Shown here: positions 18,274 through 27,781 of the stretch, piece by piece
Layout: each line of letters begins with the position of its first letter
Numbering within the stretch: position 1 is the first letter of the stretch
Virus record (IMG/VR): IMGVR_UViG_3300033407_000369
Coordinates: 1 to 61,422 of that record
Reading direction: 5' to 3' (one strand)
Source: a virus
Taxonomy: Duplodnaviria; Caudoviricetes
DNA length: 61,422 nucleotides
Position numbers and translations under genes: made by a program
The notes under the pieces: model-generated
Databases searched by the model: none
Told to the model about the DNA's origin: nothing
What the model saw: the letters and a program-made list of their open reading frames with translations, nothing else

Positions 18274-20708
18274 TCGTTGGCATAGTTCTGAAAGCCGCTG
18301 GGGTGCAGGGGCTTGCTGCCGCCCTTGTCGTCGCTGCTTCTTCTGTTGTCGCCGGGGCAATCCAGAACCGGCAGGCCGAAAAAGCAGCTGCCGGTAATTC
18401 CGACCCCGCGAATCGGGGATATAAATTCACGACTAGAAGCACACAAGTTTCTCACCGGGTTATTTATGGCCAATGTCTTGTTGGCGGGAATGAAGTTTTT
18501 ATCGGCTCTTCCGGGTCAAATAACGATTATCTATGGTCCGTTGTTAATTTTGGGGAAGGTGAAGTCGAAGGACTCGGGGAAAGCCTTGGAGTCGATCAGG
18601 TCTTTTTGGATAACAAATTATATACGACATACGGCGGAACCGTTTCTTATTGGTTTCACGCTGGGGCTTCCAATCAGACCTTCGATACCAATCTGCAGGC
18701 AGCTTTTCCGCAAGCAACTGACAATCGGAGATTCACCGCGAATATGGTCGTTCGCCTTTTGTATGATCAAGACCAATATTCCGGGAAGCCAAATATTACT
18801 GCGCTTATAAAAGGCCGCAAACTATATGATTTTCGCGACGAATCTACCGCCTACAGCAGGAATCCGGTTCTAGCGGCCTATGATTGGTTAACCAACAAAA
18901 GATATGGCCTCGGGGTTGATTCGTCTCTTATTGACCTATCAACCTGGACAGCCGCCGCCAATTATGTCGAGGATAAAAACTGGAATCTCGATATGGTTGT
19001 TGATGGAGGGAATTCATTTGATGTTTTCGAAGAAATCCTCCGGCATTTTCGCGGGGCATTGGTTTGGTCCGAAGGAGTTTTTGCGCTTTATTATACTGAT
19101 TTGAATTATGAATCGTCTGTCAAAACGATAACCGACGAACACATTGCGAGGGACGCTTCTGGCAGAGCACAGCTTAATGTCAGCCAGCCATCTATGTCTA
19201 ATCGCCCAGATGGTTTGCGGATCAAATATGTTGATATCGCGAGAAACTACACTTTTGACGATATTCAAATAGGTGACCAGTCCGGGTTGGTCATTGATTT
19301 TCGCTTGTTGGGTTCTAATGATCTGGCGCAGATAAGAGATTTGGCTTTTTACGAATTGGAGCGCCGTCAACTGGACAGAACGATTTCTGGGGTATTCAGA
19401 GACGATTGTCTTGAACTGGAACCGCACGACGTTGTAACTTTTTCCAGTACCGCTTTATCTATTTCGAATCAATTAATGAGGGTCGTAGCAACAGAGGTTA
19501 TGCCCAATGGCTTAATTGCTATAAGCATGATGTATGAAGCCCTTTCACTTTACAATCAAACATTTGACATAACTTCTGAAAATACATATTCTTGCACTCT
19601 TCCAGACCCAAAGACGGCCCCACCTGCAGTTGGGAATATTTCGATTGAAGAAGAAACTTACGAATTCAGGGACCGTACATTCACTAGGCTAAAAATAACA
19701 TTTGATCAACCTGCCGGTTTCCCATCTGGGCAAATATCGCATATAGAAGTTTGGATTAGTCTGGACGAGGGAGCGACTTATAAACACCAATTCAATGTAA
19801 CCGATTCATTCAATATAGAACCAGCAGAAGAAGAGGCCGAGTATTACATAAAATTGATTTCCGTTTCTTCTTTTGGGGTAAAAACAGAAAGCGGACAAGA
19901 AGCAATTGTAAATTATATTGTAGGTGGTTTGATTTCTGTTCCTAATTCTTTGAGTAGCCTTCAAGCAATCGTAAATCAAAATACAATAAACTTATATGCA
20001 GTAGAAGTGTCAAGCTCTGATATTTCCGTTTACGAATTTCGTCTTGGGGATTCCTGGAGCGGCGCTGTGTTCCTGGCGGCACTGAATAGGCCGAATTTCA
20101 GTCTTCATGGCGTTAAGCCCGGTGATCATACTTTTTGGGCAAATACGCTCCGAAATAATGACCAATATGGCGATGTTCCTGTAAGTAAAACAGTTTCGCT
20201 GATCGAACCTCCCGATGGCTGGACAGTTCAGCATACTGAAACGGACGATTATACAGATTCGGGAGCGGTTTTTCAAAATACTGAACTGACAACCTATTCC
20301 GCAGAGAATTATCTTAAATGCTCGCATGGTTCTGCTGGACTCGTCGGAACATATACGTCGAGAATATTCGACTTGGGTTCTTCTGACCGGTATATGGTTT
20401 ATTTGTTGGCCTCATTATCAGTGACCGGAGAAGGTACGACTTGGGATAGCCAATTTCCTGGAACGTGGGAAGAAGGCGCACAAGGAAGAACATGGAAAGA
20501 AATTTTTCAACTTTATGCGGCACCTTCTGTTGGCATCAAATTATATTATGGAGAAACTAGCCCTCCGACCGAATTTGTTGACAGGCTAGAAATTTTATCC
20601 GCGATTGTCACCGGTCGATATTATCAAATAGAAATTACAATAACCGACCCGTCCGATACAATAACGGGTTTGGTTGAAAACTATTCATTAAAATTCGCCC
20701 AATATTAA
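18252..20708 (+). CDS. Central tail tip / host-specificity protein (gpJ/GTA megatron-like)
   Basis: VIYG-x-x-x-VGG, KGRKLYD-x-R, NP-x-x-x-x-YD-x-LT-x-x-RYG and LE-x-x-D motifs; FN3-like C-terminal half. Confidence 0.85.
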   Translation: MPQAIPIVVGIVLKAAGVQGLAAALVVAASSVVAGAIQNRQAEKAAAGNSDPANRGYKFTTRSTQVSHRVIYGQCLVGGNEVFIGSSGSNNDYLWSVVNFGEGEVEGLGESLGVDQVFLDNKLYTTYGGTVSYWFHAGASNQTFDTNLQAAFPQATDNRRFTANMVVRLLYDQDQYSGKPNITALIKGRKLYDFRDESTAYSRNPVLAAYDWLTNKRYGLGVDSSLIDLSTWTAAANYVEDKNWNLDMVVDGGNSFDVFEEILRHFRGALVWSEGVFALYYTDLNYESSVKTITDEHIARDASGRAQLNVSQPSMSNRPDGLRIKYVDIARNYTFDDIQIGDQSGLVIDFRLLGSNDLAQIRDLAFYELERRQLDRTISGVFRDDCLELEPHDVVTFSSTALSISNQLMRVVATEVMPNGLIAISMMYEALSLYNQTFDITSENTYSCTLPDPKTAPPAVGNISIEEETYEFRDRTFTRLKITFDQPAGFPSGQISHIEVWISLDEGATYKHQFNVTDSFNIEPAEEEAEYYIKLISVSSFGVKTESGQEAIVNYIVGGLISVPNSLSSLQAIVNQNTINLYAVEVSSSDISVYEFRLGDSWSGAVFLAALNRPNFSLHGVKPGDHTFWANTLRNNDQYGDVPVSKTVSLIEPPDGWTVQHTETDDYTDSGAVFQNTELTTYSAENYLKCSHGSAGLVGTYTSRIFDLGSSDRYMVYLLASLSVTGEGTTWDSQFPGTWEEGAQGRTWKEIFQLYAAPSVGIKLYYGETSPPTEFVDRLEILSAIVTGRYYQIEITITDPSDTITGLVENYSLKFAQY

Positions 20709-20717
20709 GGAGGAAAA

Positions 20718-21635
20718 ATGTCACAGGATTGGTATACAAATGCCCCGACTTATACGAATGACGCAGAGGATGATATCGGGAAAATGCGGTTGATGTATGC
20801 ATCACTTAGAACCGCATTCAGCGGGGCTACTGCCCCGGCTTCTCCAGTATCCGGGCAATTCTGGTACGATACGACGAATCATATTTTAAAAATCAGAAAT
20901 GAGGCTAATACCGCTTGGCTTGAAATTTTTGATTTGACTACCGCTGGCGGTATCAGCGGGAGACAAGTTTTTACTTCGTCAGGCTCCTTGGTCGTTCCTG
21001 CCGGCATTTTTACTTTGATCGCAAACGCTGGCGCCGCAGGTGGGGGTGGTGGCGGTGGCAGTGACGCGACAAAGGGTTGCGGTGGTGCTGGTGGAACTTT
21101 GGTTTATGGGTTCCCGATCCCTGTTACTCCCGGCGAGACGGTTACTGTTACTATAGGGGCTAAAGGGACCGGCGGGGCTGGGGCGGCATCAGGCGCTGTC
21201 AACGGGAGCGACGGAACCAGCGGCGGCGATTTGGTCATCTCGTGCTCGGCCATTACCCTTACTTTACCTGGTGGGCCGGGCGGCGAAAAAGGGTATGCAA
21301 CATTCACGGCATCGTCAGGCGGTGCAGGATTAACTCTCTATCCTATTTTTCGTGCTGGAGGCGGCGATGACGGGGGAGGCACCGCCGATGGGGCGGACGG
21401 AGAATCCACTTTCTTCTATTCCGGCGGTTCTGGTGGCGTAGGAGGACCGCATGCTGGTGGCGGAGGAGGCGGCGCTGGCATCAATGGCAACGGAGCCGCA
21501 GGCGGCTCATCTGGCGCGGCTGGGAATGACGCTGCGGTTAACTCTGGAGGCGGTGGAGGGGGCGGTAGCTGGAACGGCTCTTCCGGCCTTGCCGGAGGGG
21601 ATGGTGGTGAAGGATATGCTGATCTAAGGTGGTAG
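20718..21635 (+). CDS. Glycine-rich tail fibre protein
   Basis: GQFWYDT-x-x-x-x-LK motif followed by a long Gly-rich domain. Confidence 0.7.
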   Translation: MSQDWYTNAPTYTNDAEDDIGKMRLMYASLRTAFSGATAPASPVSGQFWYDTTNHILKIRNEANTAWLEIFDLTTAGGISGRQVFTSSGSLVVPAGIFTLIANAGAAGGGGGGGSDATKGCGGAGGTLVYGFPIPVTPGETVTVTIGAKGTGGAGAASGAVNGSDGTSGGDLVISCSAITLTLPGGPGGEKGYATFTASSGGAGLTLYPIFRAGGGDDGGGTADGADGESTFFYSGGSGGVGGPHAGGGGGGAGINGNGAAGGSSGAAGNDAAVNSGGGGGGGSWNGSSGLAGGDGGEGYADLRW

Positions 21636-21636
21636 C

Positions 21637-22224
21637 ATGAAAGCCCAAATCCTCGAAGATAGAATAATCTCAACCGGCTCCGGCATTGAAATCGGTAGGC
21701 TCCCCAAAGGCGCCGGGTTGGAACGCCTCAGATGGGACGGTGAAAAGATTATTGACCTGTTGAACCTGTCCGCCATTTGGGTCCGGCAAATCGGCAGTGC
21801 TTTCGAGCTTCATGCCGTCCAGGTCTACGATTCCCAGCTTGTCCAGATGACCTACCCGGACAGAAAGCATCTAACCGATGACAACGGGGTAATCCGGCTG
21901 TTGACCGAACAGGAACGAATAGACAGACAGAAAGCGGAAGTCCTGGCGCAACTGAAGTCGAACCTTCGCCGGAACATTGCGAAGCAAGTTGGGGACCGGG
22001 ATGACCAAATCGCCGACACAGCTAAAATTCTCTCTTTATTGATTTCGGCTGTTCTGGACCAAGACCCGGCCGCAATTGCCGCCCTGGCAGAAATTAAACC
22101 GTTGATGTCGGCCCTGTATTCCCCGGCTGAAACAGCGGTCGTATTGCTGGAAAGGGCCGAAGCGTTGAGGGATGCCGTCGCCCCATACTACGAGGAAAAG
22201 CAACGGATAAAGAACGATCAATAG
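21637..22224 (+). CDS. Hypothetical protein (possible tail fibre assembly)
   Basis: 195-aa ORF directly after the fibre gene; last late gene. Confidence 0.45.
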   Translation: MKAQILEDRIISTGSGIEIGRLPKGAGLERLRWDGEKIIDLLNLSAIWVRQIGSAFELHAVQVYDSQLVQMTYPDRKHLTDDNGVIRLLTEQERIDRQKAEVLAQLKSNLRRNIAKQVGDRDDQIADTAKILSLLISAVLDQDPAAIAALAEIKPLMSALYSPAETAVVLLERAEALRDAVAPYYEEKQRIKNDQ

Positions 22225-22373
22225 CCTTCTGATTTGAGCTGCTTGATTGCAAGCTCCAGGCGGATTTTATCGGCCTGGAGCTTGTCTAGTTTGAGGCGCA
22301 TTTGATACAAGAAAATCAAGGAAAGCATGCAAGCGACCCACATAACCAATACAAATGACCACTTTGCGCTCAT
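22218..22373 (-). CDS. Small membrane protein (51 aa)
   Basis: MSAKWSFVLVMWVACMLSLIFLYQ... then coiled coil; ATGA-coupled to the upstream gene. Confidence 0.45.
   Translation of the reverse strand: MSAKWSFVLVMWVACMLSLIFLYQMRLKLDKLQADKIRLELAIKQLKSEGY
22250..22284. terminator. 12-bp perfect hairpin near the convergence of late and early arms
   Basis: CAAGCTCCAGGC...GCCTGGAGCTTG; no clear U tract; lies inside a small - strand ORF. Confidence 0.4.
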
Positions 22374-23014
22374 TTGACCACCTTCACCTGACTTTCCTGT
22401 CCCTTCATTGAAAACTCAAACACCCGGTCAGCTACATTCAGCAGCTCTTCCCGTGGTGCCCGTTCGTCCGCAATCATGATGATCTGCAACCCTGGCCATC
22501 CTTTATCCGGCCGGGGTTCGCAAATTCCCTTGAGCATGGCTAAGGCCCGGCTGTTCGTCTCGATGCCCTTCAGGTGCTTAAACGGTTCGTCCAGCCACAA
22601 GCAGGCCCGGTTCCTGGGCCGCCTTAAACTCCACAGAGAAGGCCGCAGGGCCGCGCCTGCTATATCCACCGCTCCAAGGCCGGTTGACTCTTTAGGGTTG
22701 AGCCTGGCCCCTTCCCTGACGAACCAGAAGTCCGCCTCGGTCTTGCCCCGTCGAAGCTCGAACGCCACCTCGAAGTCATAAGGGTTGTCAAAGACGCCCT
22801 GCAAGGCCAGCTTTGGCAATTCGGAAAGCTGGTATTGCAATTGTTCCTGGGTCTGCTGGGCAACTACTTGGATCAAGACGCGGGCTTTCTCGGATGCCCG
22901 GTGTTCCTTGCGCAATGCCCGGTAGGATTGTCGGCAGGCGCCGATCAGGGAAACAGTCTGGTCGCGTTTGCCTTGGCGCTTGATTAGGGATTCTTTGAGT
23001 TCGGAGAGGTTCAT
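22370..23014 (-). CDS. sbcC: SbcC/Rad50-like C-terminal half (Walker B)
   Basis: Coiled coil, then degenerate signature STGLG and LWLDEPF Walker B. Confidence 0.7.
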   Translation of the reverse strand: MNLSELKESLIKRQGKRDQTVSLIGACRQSYRALRKEHRASEKARVLIQVVAQQTQEQLQYQLSELPKLALQGVFDNPYDFEVAFELRRGKTEADFWFVREGARLNPKESTGLGAVDIAGAALRPSLWSLRRPRNRACLWLDEPFKHLKGIETNSRALAMLKGICEPRPDKGWPGLQIIMIADERAPREELLNVADRVFEFSMKGQESQVKVVK

Positions 23015-23388
23015 TCGGATTCCTGATTTATTTTCTGGAGCATGTCGCAAACCCTTGCCCGCGCTACCGGATGGAGTTTCACGATACAAGATGTCGGGAG
23101 GTCTTCGCGCCAATTATCATCAAGGTAATCAAACAAATTATCCCAGACCATTTCGAACCACCAACCATCTTTAAAAAATTGATCAATTACTGACTGGCAG
23201 CTTTGGCAAGTTTTGTAGTTTGAAATTCTTCCTTCGCCAAAACAGGTATGAAAAAAGTATTTCTCTTTGGGCAATATGTATTCTTTGCATTCCCCGCAGA
23301 CATTGGTTTTCCTGGCCGTTCTTTCGCGACAACTCCAGGTATTTTCCATATCGCCATCATGGCAAGGAACAGAGCAAGCACAGTCCAT
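23011..23388 (-). CDS. Hypothetical Zn-binding protein
   Basis: ARK-x-x-x-CGEC...YKTCQSC. Confidence 0.55.
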   Translation of the reverse strand: MDCACSVPCHDGDMENTWSCRERTARKTNVCGECKEYILPKEKYFFHTCFGEGRISNYKTCQSCQSVIDQFFKDGWWFEMVWDNLFDYLDDNWREDLPTSCIVKLHPVARARVCDMLQKINQESE

Positions 23389-23392
23389 AATA

Positions 23393-23629
23393 TCACCATT
23401 CGTATTTGCTTTCGAGTTCCGCAATGCCCTCGGTCAACTTCGCCCGGAGCTTGTCCGCCTTGGCCTGTTCAGCCTTGGCCATCTTCTCCCCGGCCTCAAC
23501 CGAATCACAGCCCTCATCTTTCAGCTGCTTGAGCAAGGTGTTCTTTTCCCCGCGCAGTTCGGAAATTTCCTCTTTGCGCTTGGCCAGCTTGGTTGTCATG
23601 TCGTGGATTTTCTTTTCTTCTGGGGTCAT
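23393..23629 (-). CDS. Hypothetical coiled-coil protein
   Basis: 78 aa, charged and helical, within the SbcCD block. Confidence 0.5.
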   Translation of the reverse strand: MTPEEKKIHDMTTKLAKRKEEISELRGEKNTLLKQLKDEGCDSVEAGEKMAKAEQAKADKLRAKLTEGIAELESKYEW

Positions 23630-23718
23630 TTGTTTATTTTGCCACGTAAAGGGTTATTGATTCGGTACCGCCATCGTCGTCAACAGGATAGGTATAAGTG
23701 ATTGAATAGGTCATGGTT

Positions 23719-23949
23719 TCAATCATCTTCTGCAATCATTTTATCGAAGCGGGGGAGATGATCGGAAAAATTTGCAACCATCATATCATAGTAATAAACC
23801 CCGTCTATTTCGCCATTGATAATTGCGGCTATTATACTACTGTCAAAATCTAACCCGTTCATTTCTTCCGGGGTCAACCGAATTATATTCGGCAGCGTTT
23901 TGTTTTTGCAAACAAACTCGATAAATTCTTTTTCATTCGGAATGTTCAT
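23719..23949 (-). CDS. Hypothetical protein
   Basis: ATGA-coupled to the sbcD stop. Confidence 0.4.
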   Translation of the reverse strand: MNIPNEKEFIEFVCKNKTLPNIIRLTPEEMNGLDFDSSIIAAIINGEIDGVYYYDMMVANFSDHLPRFDKMIAEDD

Positions 23950-24893
23950 TTCCTCTTCGCCTCCTTTTCCACGTAAGCCCACACTTTATCTTTGACCTCA
24001 ACCGGCACATCCTCCCGGTCAACGACCGCTTCCAAGTTCTGCAAAAAGTCAACCCCGACTTCTGCCTGATCACCCAGCTTCTCCACAAAGGCATCCATCC
24101 GGCTTTCCCTGGCCTTCACCTCGTCGATGTGCTCCCGGCTAATCACCCCTTCTTCGATCGGCACAAACACTTGCCTGACCCGGTTGGCTTCGGCATACCA
24201 GAGGAACACAGACGGCCTGAAATCCATCTGGTCGGCATCGTTGCGCATCAAGCTGCCGGGATTCACCAATAGCCGTTTGCCGTCCGTGTGGGTAAATGTT
24301 TGGTGGTTGTGGCCGGTAACAATCAGGTCGAATCCTGGCAGCAGGTCCATTACTTGTTGAGCGGTATAGCCTTCGCAGCCGGGGAAGGGCTCGAATTCCT
24401 TGTAGACCATGGCGTGAACGAGGGCAACGGATTTGCTAACCATTTGATTGACATCGTGATCATCTTTTAACTCCGCGCCCCACGGGAACCCCCAAACTCT
24501 AAATGTTTCTCTTTTCTCACCAATATATTCAAATCGGTATGCATATTTCGGGCTTCTCACCGCATTTAGTTTTCCAGCACCCTCCAGCACCGCCATTGCC
24601 GAATTGGAATAGTTAGCAATCGACTTCCCTGGCAGATCGTGATTCCCCGGCACGGTATAGAGCGGCTGGGGCAAGTTGGCCATTGCCCAACCAAGCAGCT
24701 CGTGGCTCGGATTTGTCTTGTATCGCTTGTCGAACAGATCTCCGGCGTCTAGAATGGGGCAGTCGTATTTCTCTTGGAGTTCCCGCAGCCATTTGATTTT
24801 CCTGGCCTGTGCTTCCCAATGGTTGTCGGTTCGGCAGGTCGGCTGAAATGCCCGGAGTTCGATGTCGGCGGTGAGGATGGCGGTTGGTTTCAT
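23946..24893 (-). CDS. sbcD: SbcD/Mre11-like metallophosphoesterase nuclease
   Basis: AGDLFD, PGNHD, GHNH and NPGS motifs (first motif reads DIE instead of DxH). Confidence 0.88.
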   Translation of the reverse strand: MKPTAILTADIELRAFQPTCRTDNHWEAQARKIKWLRELQEKYDCPILDAGDLFDKRYKTNPSHELLGWAMANLPQPLYTVPGNHDLPGKSIANYSNSAMAVLEGAGKLNAVRSPKYAYRFEYIGEKRETFRVWGFPWGAELKDDHDVNQMVSKSVALVHAMVYKEFEPFPGCEGYTAQQVMDLLPGFDLIVTGHNHQTFTHTDGKRLLVNPGSLMRNDADQMDFRPSVFLWYAEANRVRQVFVPIEEGVISREHIDEVKARESRMDAFVEKLGDQAEVGVDFLQNLEAVVDREDVPVEVKDKVWAYVEKEAKRK

Positions 24894-25081
24894 GGTTTTC
24901 TTTTCTCGCAGGTTCTGCAAATCCGACAACCCGGAAGAGCGGTCGGCGTTTCTCTGAGCAACCAGAGATTTTCAATCGGCTTGGCATTCCCGCAAATTGA
25001 CTTGTTGCCGACAAAGAAATGGTTGGTGAACTTCGTTTGTCGCTTGGCCTTGCGTTGTCGGAGAATCCAGCCGGAGGTCAT
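24890..25081 (-). CDS. Hypothetical small Cys/His protein
   Basis: MTSGW...H...SICG...CRIC; ATGA-coupled on both sides. Confidence 0.45.
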   Translation of the reverse strand: MTSGWILRQRKAKRQTKFTNHFFVGNKSICGNAKPIENLWLLRETPTALPGCRICRTCEKRKP

Positions 25082-25143
25082 TCTGAATCGTCCAAGAAAA
25101 TCTTTTTGCATGATGGGCAATATCCACAATAAGGGCAAATCAT
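25078..25143 (-). CDS. 21-aa Cys-rich micro-ORF MICPYCGYCPSCKKIFLDDSE
   Basis: ATGA overlaps with both neighbours; two CxxC. Confidence 0.45.
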   Translation of the reverse strand: MICPYCGYCPSCKKIFLDDSE

Positions 25144-26180
25144 TTTGTCTTGGCTCCACAAGTTGGGCAATTCTTCGGCAAGCCGTTTTCAATCTTTTTG
25201 ATCTCGGCTTCCCCTGCCTCAATCTCTTGGTTTATTATACTCAACCGCCAACAAATCCGATTAATTTTTTTTGCTTTCGATTCACATTTTTCTATCTGTT
25301 CAGCAAGTGGCCGGATCGCAGACAACAGAACTTCGGCCCCATCGAGCTTGCCAAGGCTATCGGCAAGTGCGTTGTTTCGTCGCAGGCTGGCTGTTAAGCG
25401 ACTCAACCTTCCTACCCTATTCTCCAGGGCCGAAATTTCATCTACGAGCGTTTTTAGCCCCTTCAATTCATTTTCAGCTTCCAGGAGCGTTTCAGCTTCA
25501 ATTGTATCCGCTTCGACCTCCCGATATTGCTCAGCGGTTTTGACCAACCGATCCGCTTTCCTTTCCGCATCCCTAGCGTATTGGTCAAATAATTCGAGTT
25601 GTTTGACAGCCGCTTCTCGGTCTTCCAGGTCCGCAAATTGCTCCAATTCAGTTTCCAACCGTTCGAGTTCCGACTTTTTAGCTGTCATGGCCTGGCGGAG
25701 TTTCAGTTCGTCGCTCCTGGAATTGTCTAGTGCCCGGTCGATGTCGTCCAGGCCGGCAATCTTGTTTAGGATGCGGCCCCGCTCTCCCGGCGTCTCGAAC
25801 ATTAGGAAAGCCCGGTCGATTTGGGTCTGGAAATTCACATCATCCATGTTGATGACAGCTTGGACGGCTTCGGGCGGGGCACCATTCCCGGCGTTGATTG
25901 GTTCGTTGTCGTTTAGCCGGTAGTGGTTGCAGCTTTTGCCCTTCATCCGGGTTACTGTTTGGCCATCATCAAACTGGAGCGATACTTCGGTGGTGCCATC
26001 CCAATAGAGAGGCAGCATCTGGTCGCCAAGTGGCCGGTTGAACATTGTCCAATAAGCCGCCCGGAACGCCCCGGATTTACCCGCGTCGGACGGCCCGATC
26101 AGGACATTCAGGCCGGGGAGAAAGTCCAGCTTGGTGTCCCGATGGGATTCATGGTTGACGAGGTGAATAGAGTTGATCAT
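25140..26180 (-). CDS. sbcC: SbcC/Rad50-like N-terminal half (Walker A, coiled coil, Zn hook)
   Basis: GPSDAGKS, Q-loop FQTQ, coiled coil, terminal CPTCG. Confidence 0.85.
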   Translation of the reverse strand: MINSIHLVNHESHRDTKLDFLPGLNVLIGPSDAGKSGAFRAAYWTMFNRPLGDQMLPLYWDGTTEVSLQFDDGQTVTRMKGKSCNHYRLNDNEPINAGNGAPPEAVQAVINMDDVNFQTQIDRAFLMFETPGERGRILNKIAGLDDIDRALDNSRSDELKLRQAMTAKKSELERLETELEQFADLEDREAAVKQLELFDQYARDAERKADRLVKTAEQYREVEADTIEAETLLEAENELKGLKTLVDEISALENRVGRLSRLTASLRRNNALADSLGKLDGAEVLLSAIRPLAEQIEKCESKAKKINRICWRLSIINQEIEAGEAEIKKIENGLPKNCPTCGAKTK

Positions 26181-26371
26181 ACCGGCATTGCGTCACTTAT
26201 GGTTGTCGCCAATTTTCTGTAATTCTTTTTGGCTTTTTGGCATGGATCATGAGCGAAAAGATCAAGCAGCGCCCCAAGCTGGGCAGCTTCTTTCTTTTCC
26301 AAAATCAACACGACTTCCCCGGTTTCTTTCGTTCCTGCGGAATTTGTCATAAATGCGATTTTCATTTGCAT
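26177..26371 (-). CDS. Hypothetical protein
   Basis: Overlaps neighbours in the operon. Confidence 0.4.
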   Translation of the reverse strand: MQMKIAFMTNSAGTKETGEVVLILEKKEAAQLGALLDLFAHDPCQKAKKNYRKLATTISDAMPV

Positions 26372-26661
26372 TTCCTAATCGCCAAAACCACCTGGCGCCC
26401 AAATTCACATCGCTGGCAGTCCGCTTCTTCGGCGTTCCGCCGCCTGTTCATGCACCCCTTGACCGCAATAAAGCATTCCTGGATCGGGCAATAAAAATGG
26501 GTGGCCAGTTCAAAATCCTGGCAACAAGCTGATTCCTGCTTGATAAAGTCGATGGACGGTTTGCCGTGCAGCTTAGTCATTGGCCGGAAGTCGCAAATTC
26601 GGCCATTCCCGCCGTTGGATACCGATGCGCTGAAAAATTTCTTGCATACGCCACAAATCAT
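26362..26661 (-). CDS. Hypothetical Cys-rich protein
   Basis: Multiple Cys clusters; RBS AAGGAA. Confidence 0.45.
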   Translation of the reverse strand: MICGVCKKFFSASVSNGGNGRICDFRPMTKLHGKPSIDFIKQESACCQDFELATHFYCPIQECFIAVKGCMNRRRNAEEADCQRCEFGRQVVLAIRKCK

Positions 26662-26873
26662 ATTAATTCCTTTTTCTTCATCCAAACAGTAATGGTGACA
26701 TGAGGCAAATTATCGACTGTGTGCCTATACTCTCCCGCAATTCGCGAGAACCCTACGTCCACTGTTTTATCGAATAACGAATACCCATCTTTTTCTTTTT
26801 CTTGAATAAAAGCGTTGATTTCGGCATTCAGCTCCCACACCTTCCCGTTTTTATAAAAAACTTGAAAAATCAT
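26658..26873 (-). CDS. Hypothetical protein
   Basis: 71 aa, RBS AGGA. Confidence 0.4.
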   Translation of the reverse strand: MIFQVFYKNGKVWELNAEINAFIQEKEKDGYSLFDKTVDVGFSRIAGEYRHTVDNLPHVTITVWMKKKELI

Positions 26874-26881
26874 ATTAATTC

Positions 26882-27370
26882 CTACTTGTAAAATTCCGGA
26901 GTGATTCCAAAATTGGAAAATAAATCATCTAGCGCAATAGTTAGCTTTCTTGATTTGGGGTATTCGGGGAATTTCTTTTTGCCCCCGAACTTATTATACT
27001 GTTTACGCAACTTTTCGTAAGAACTTTTTTGAAGAATTTTCGCCTTGGGTTTTTCGCTTGGGTGTAGATAATGCGTGTGCGGGCGCTCCAGGTAATCCGC
27101 AACCGCTCTCAATATCGTCGGCAGATCGGCCTGCTTGATAGCAAACCTGACACAGCTATTCTCCGACTTGGCAATAAACGAATTGCAGTTACGACAAAGC
27201 ACCCCACGAATCAAGCCTGTTCCTTTGATTCTTTTTTTGTGATGATGGTCAAGAACGGGGTCAGTAATTAACTTGTCGCAAATCGGGCAAATACCGTTTT
27301 GAAATTCCAGCAAGGTATCCCGAACTGATTTTATTCGAGATCCGGGAAGTTGAATTGGCTTTCTAATCAT
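26882..27370 (-). CDS. Endonuclease VII-like (His-Me finger) resolvase/nuclease
   Basis: Q-x-G-x-CPIC...LDHHH...G-x-IRGVLC-x-x-CN. Confidence 0.88.
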   Translation of the reverse strand: MIRKPIQLPGSRIKSVRDTLLEFQNGICPICDKLITDPVLDHHHKKRIKGTGLIRGVLCRNCNSFIAKSENSCVRFAIKQADLPTILRAVADYLERPHTHYLHPSEKPKAKILQKSSYEKLRKQYNKFGGKKKFPEYPKSRKLTIALDDLFSNFGITPEFYK

Positions 27371-27594
27371 TTTGGCCCCTTTGGTTCGCACCAGTGAGTA
27401 AACAGCCGGTCGATTGCGAACGATTCTTTTTGCCCTGCCAGTAGCTTTTTGGCGTGTTCGTGGGCGATGTAACCCGGTGTTTCCCGCCATTGTTTTGTCG
27501 CCGGGTTCCAGATGAGGACCGGCTCCTGTTGGTCGGGCGGCAGGCGTTTGTGGATCGAAATCCAGATTATGTTCCAGAAGTCGGCTTTGTTCAT
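27367..27594 (-). CDS. Hypothetical protein (DUF551-like)
   Basis: WISI-x-x-RLP...VL...THW motif. Confidence 0.5.
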   Translation of the reverse strand: MNKADFWNIIWISIHKRLPPDQQEPVLIWNPATKQWRETPGYIAHEHAKKLLAGQKESFAIDRLFTHWCEPKGPK

Positions 27595-27603
27595 TTGTTT
27601 CCT

Positions 27604-27673
27604 TGCTATAAATAGCCCTTGCCGGACCCCGCCCCACCTTACCGGACCTCGCCCGGCCAGGCCTGGCCAGACC
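27604..27673 (-). ncRNA. GGY-NN pentamer array 1 with 3' hairpin tail (candidate guide RNA)
   Basis: - strand: GGT CT GGC CA GGC CT GGC CG GGC GA GGT CC GGT AA GGT GG GGC GG GGT CC GGC AA GGG CTATTTATAGC; 11 consecutive perfect GGY units. Confidence 0.8.
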
Positions 27674-27710
27674 AAAAAATATATGTAAATTGAATTTGTA
27701 TTTTGATTAA

Positions 27711-27774
27711 ATTCACTACAAAATAGCCCTTGCCTTACCTCACCTAGCCACACCTAGCCCCGGCTTGCCCCTCC
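27711..27774 (-). ncRNA. GGY-NN pentamer array 2 with 3' hairpin tail
   Basis: - strand: GGA GG GGC AA GCC GG GGC TA GGT GT GGC TA GGT GA GGT AA GGC AA GGG CTATTTTGTAGTGAAT. Confidence 0.75.
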
Positions 27775-27781
27775 ATAAATC

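Noticed and set aside
18252-22224. Diversity-generating retroelement or invertible tail-fibre system
   Set aside because: No reverse transcriptase, invertase or TR/VR repeat pair was seen by eye.
27372-27398. Partial resemblance of TTGGCCCCTTTGGTTCGCACCAGTGAG to the concatenated complement of array 1 NN (TTGGCCCCTTGGTCCGAGTGAG) as a self-target
   Set aside because: It needs inconsistent gaps and only about 10 low-complexity bases match contiguously; likely chance.
27367-27753. Long N-terminal extensions of ORFs (27367-27753, 26882-27637) and + strand ORFs (28915-29279) through the arrays
   Set aside because: G/R/P-rich translations of the repeats; better starts exist at 27594 and 27370.
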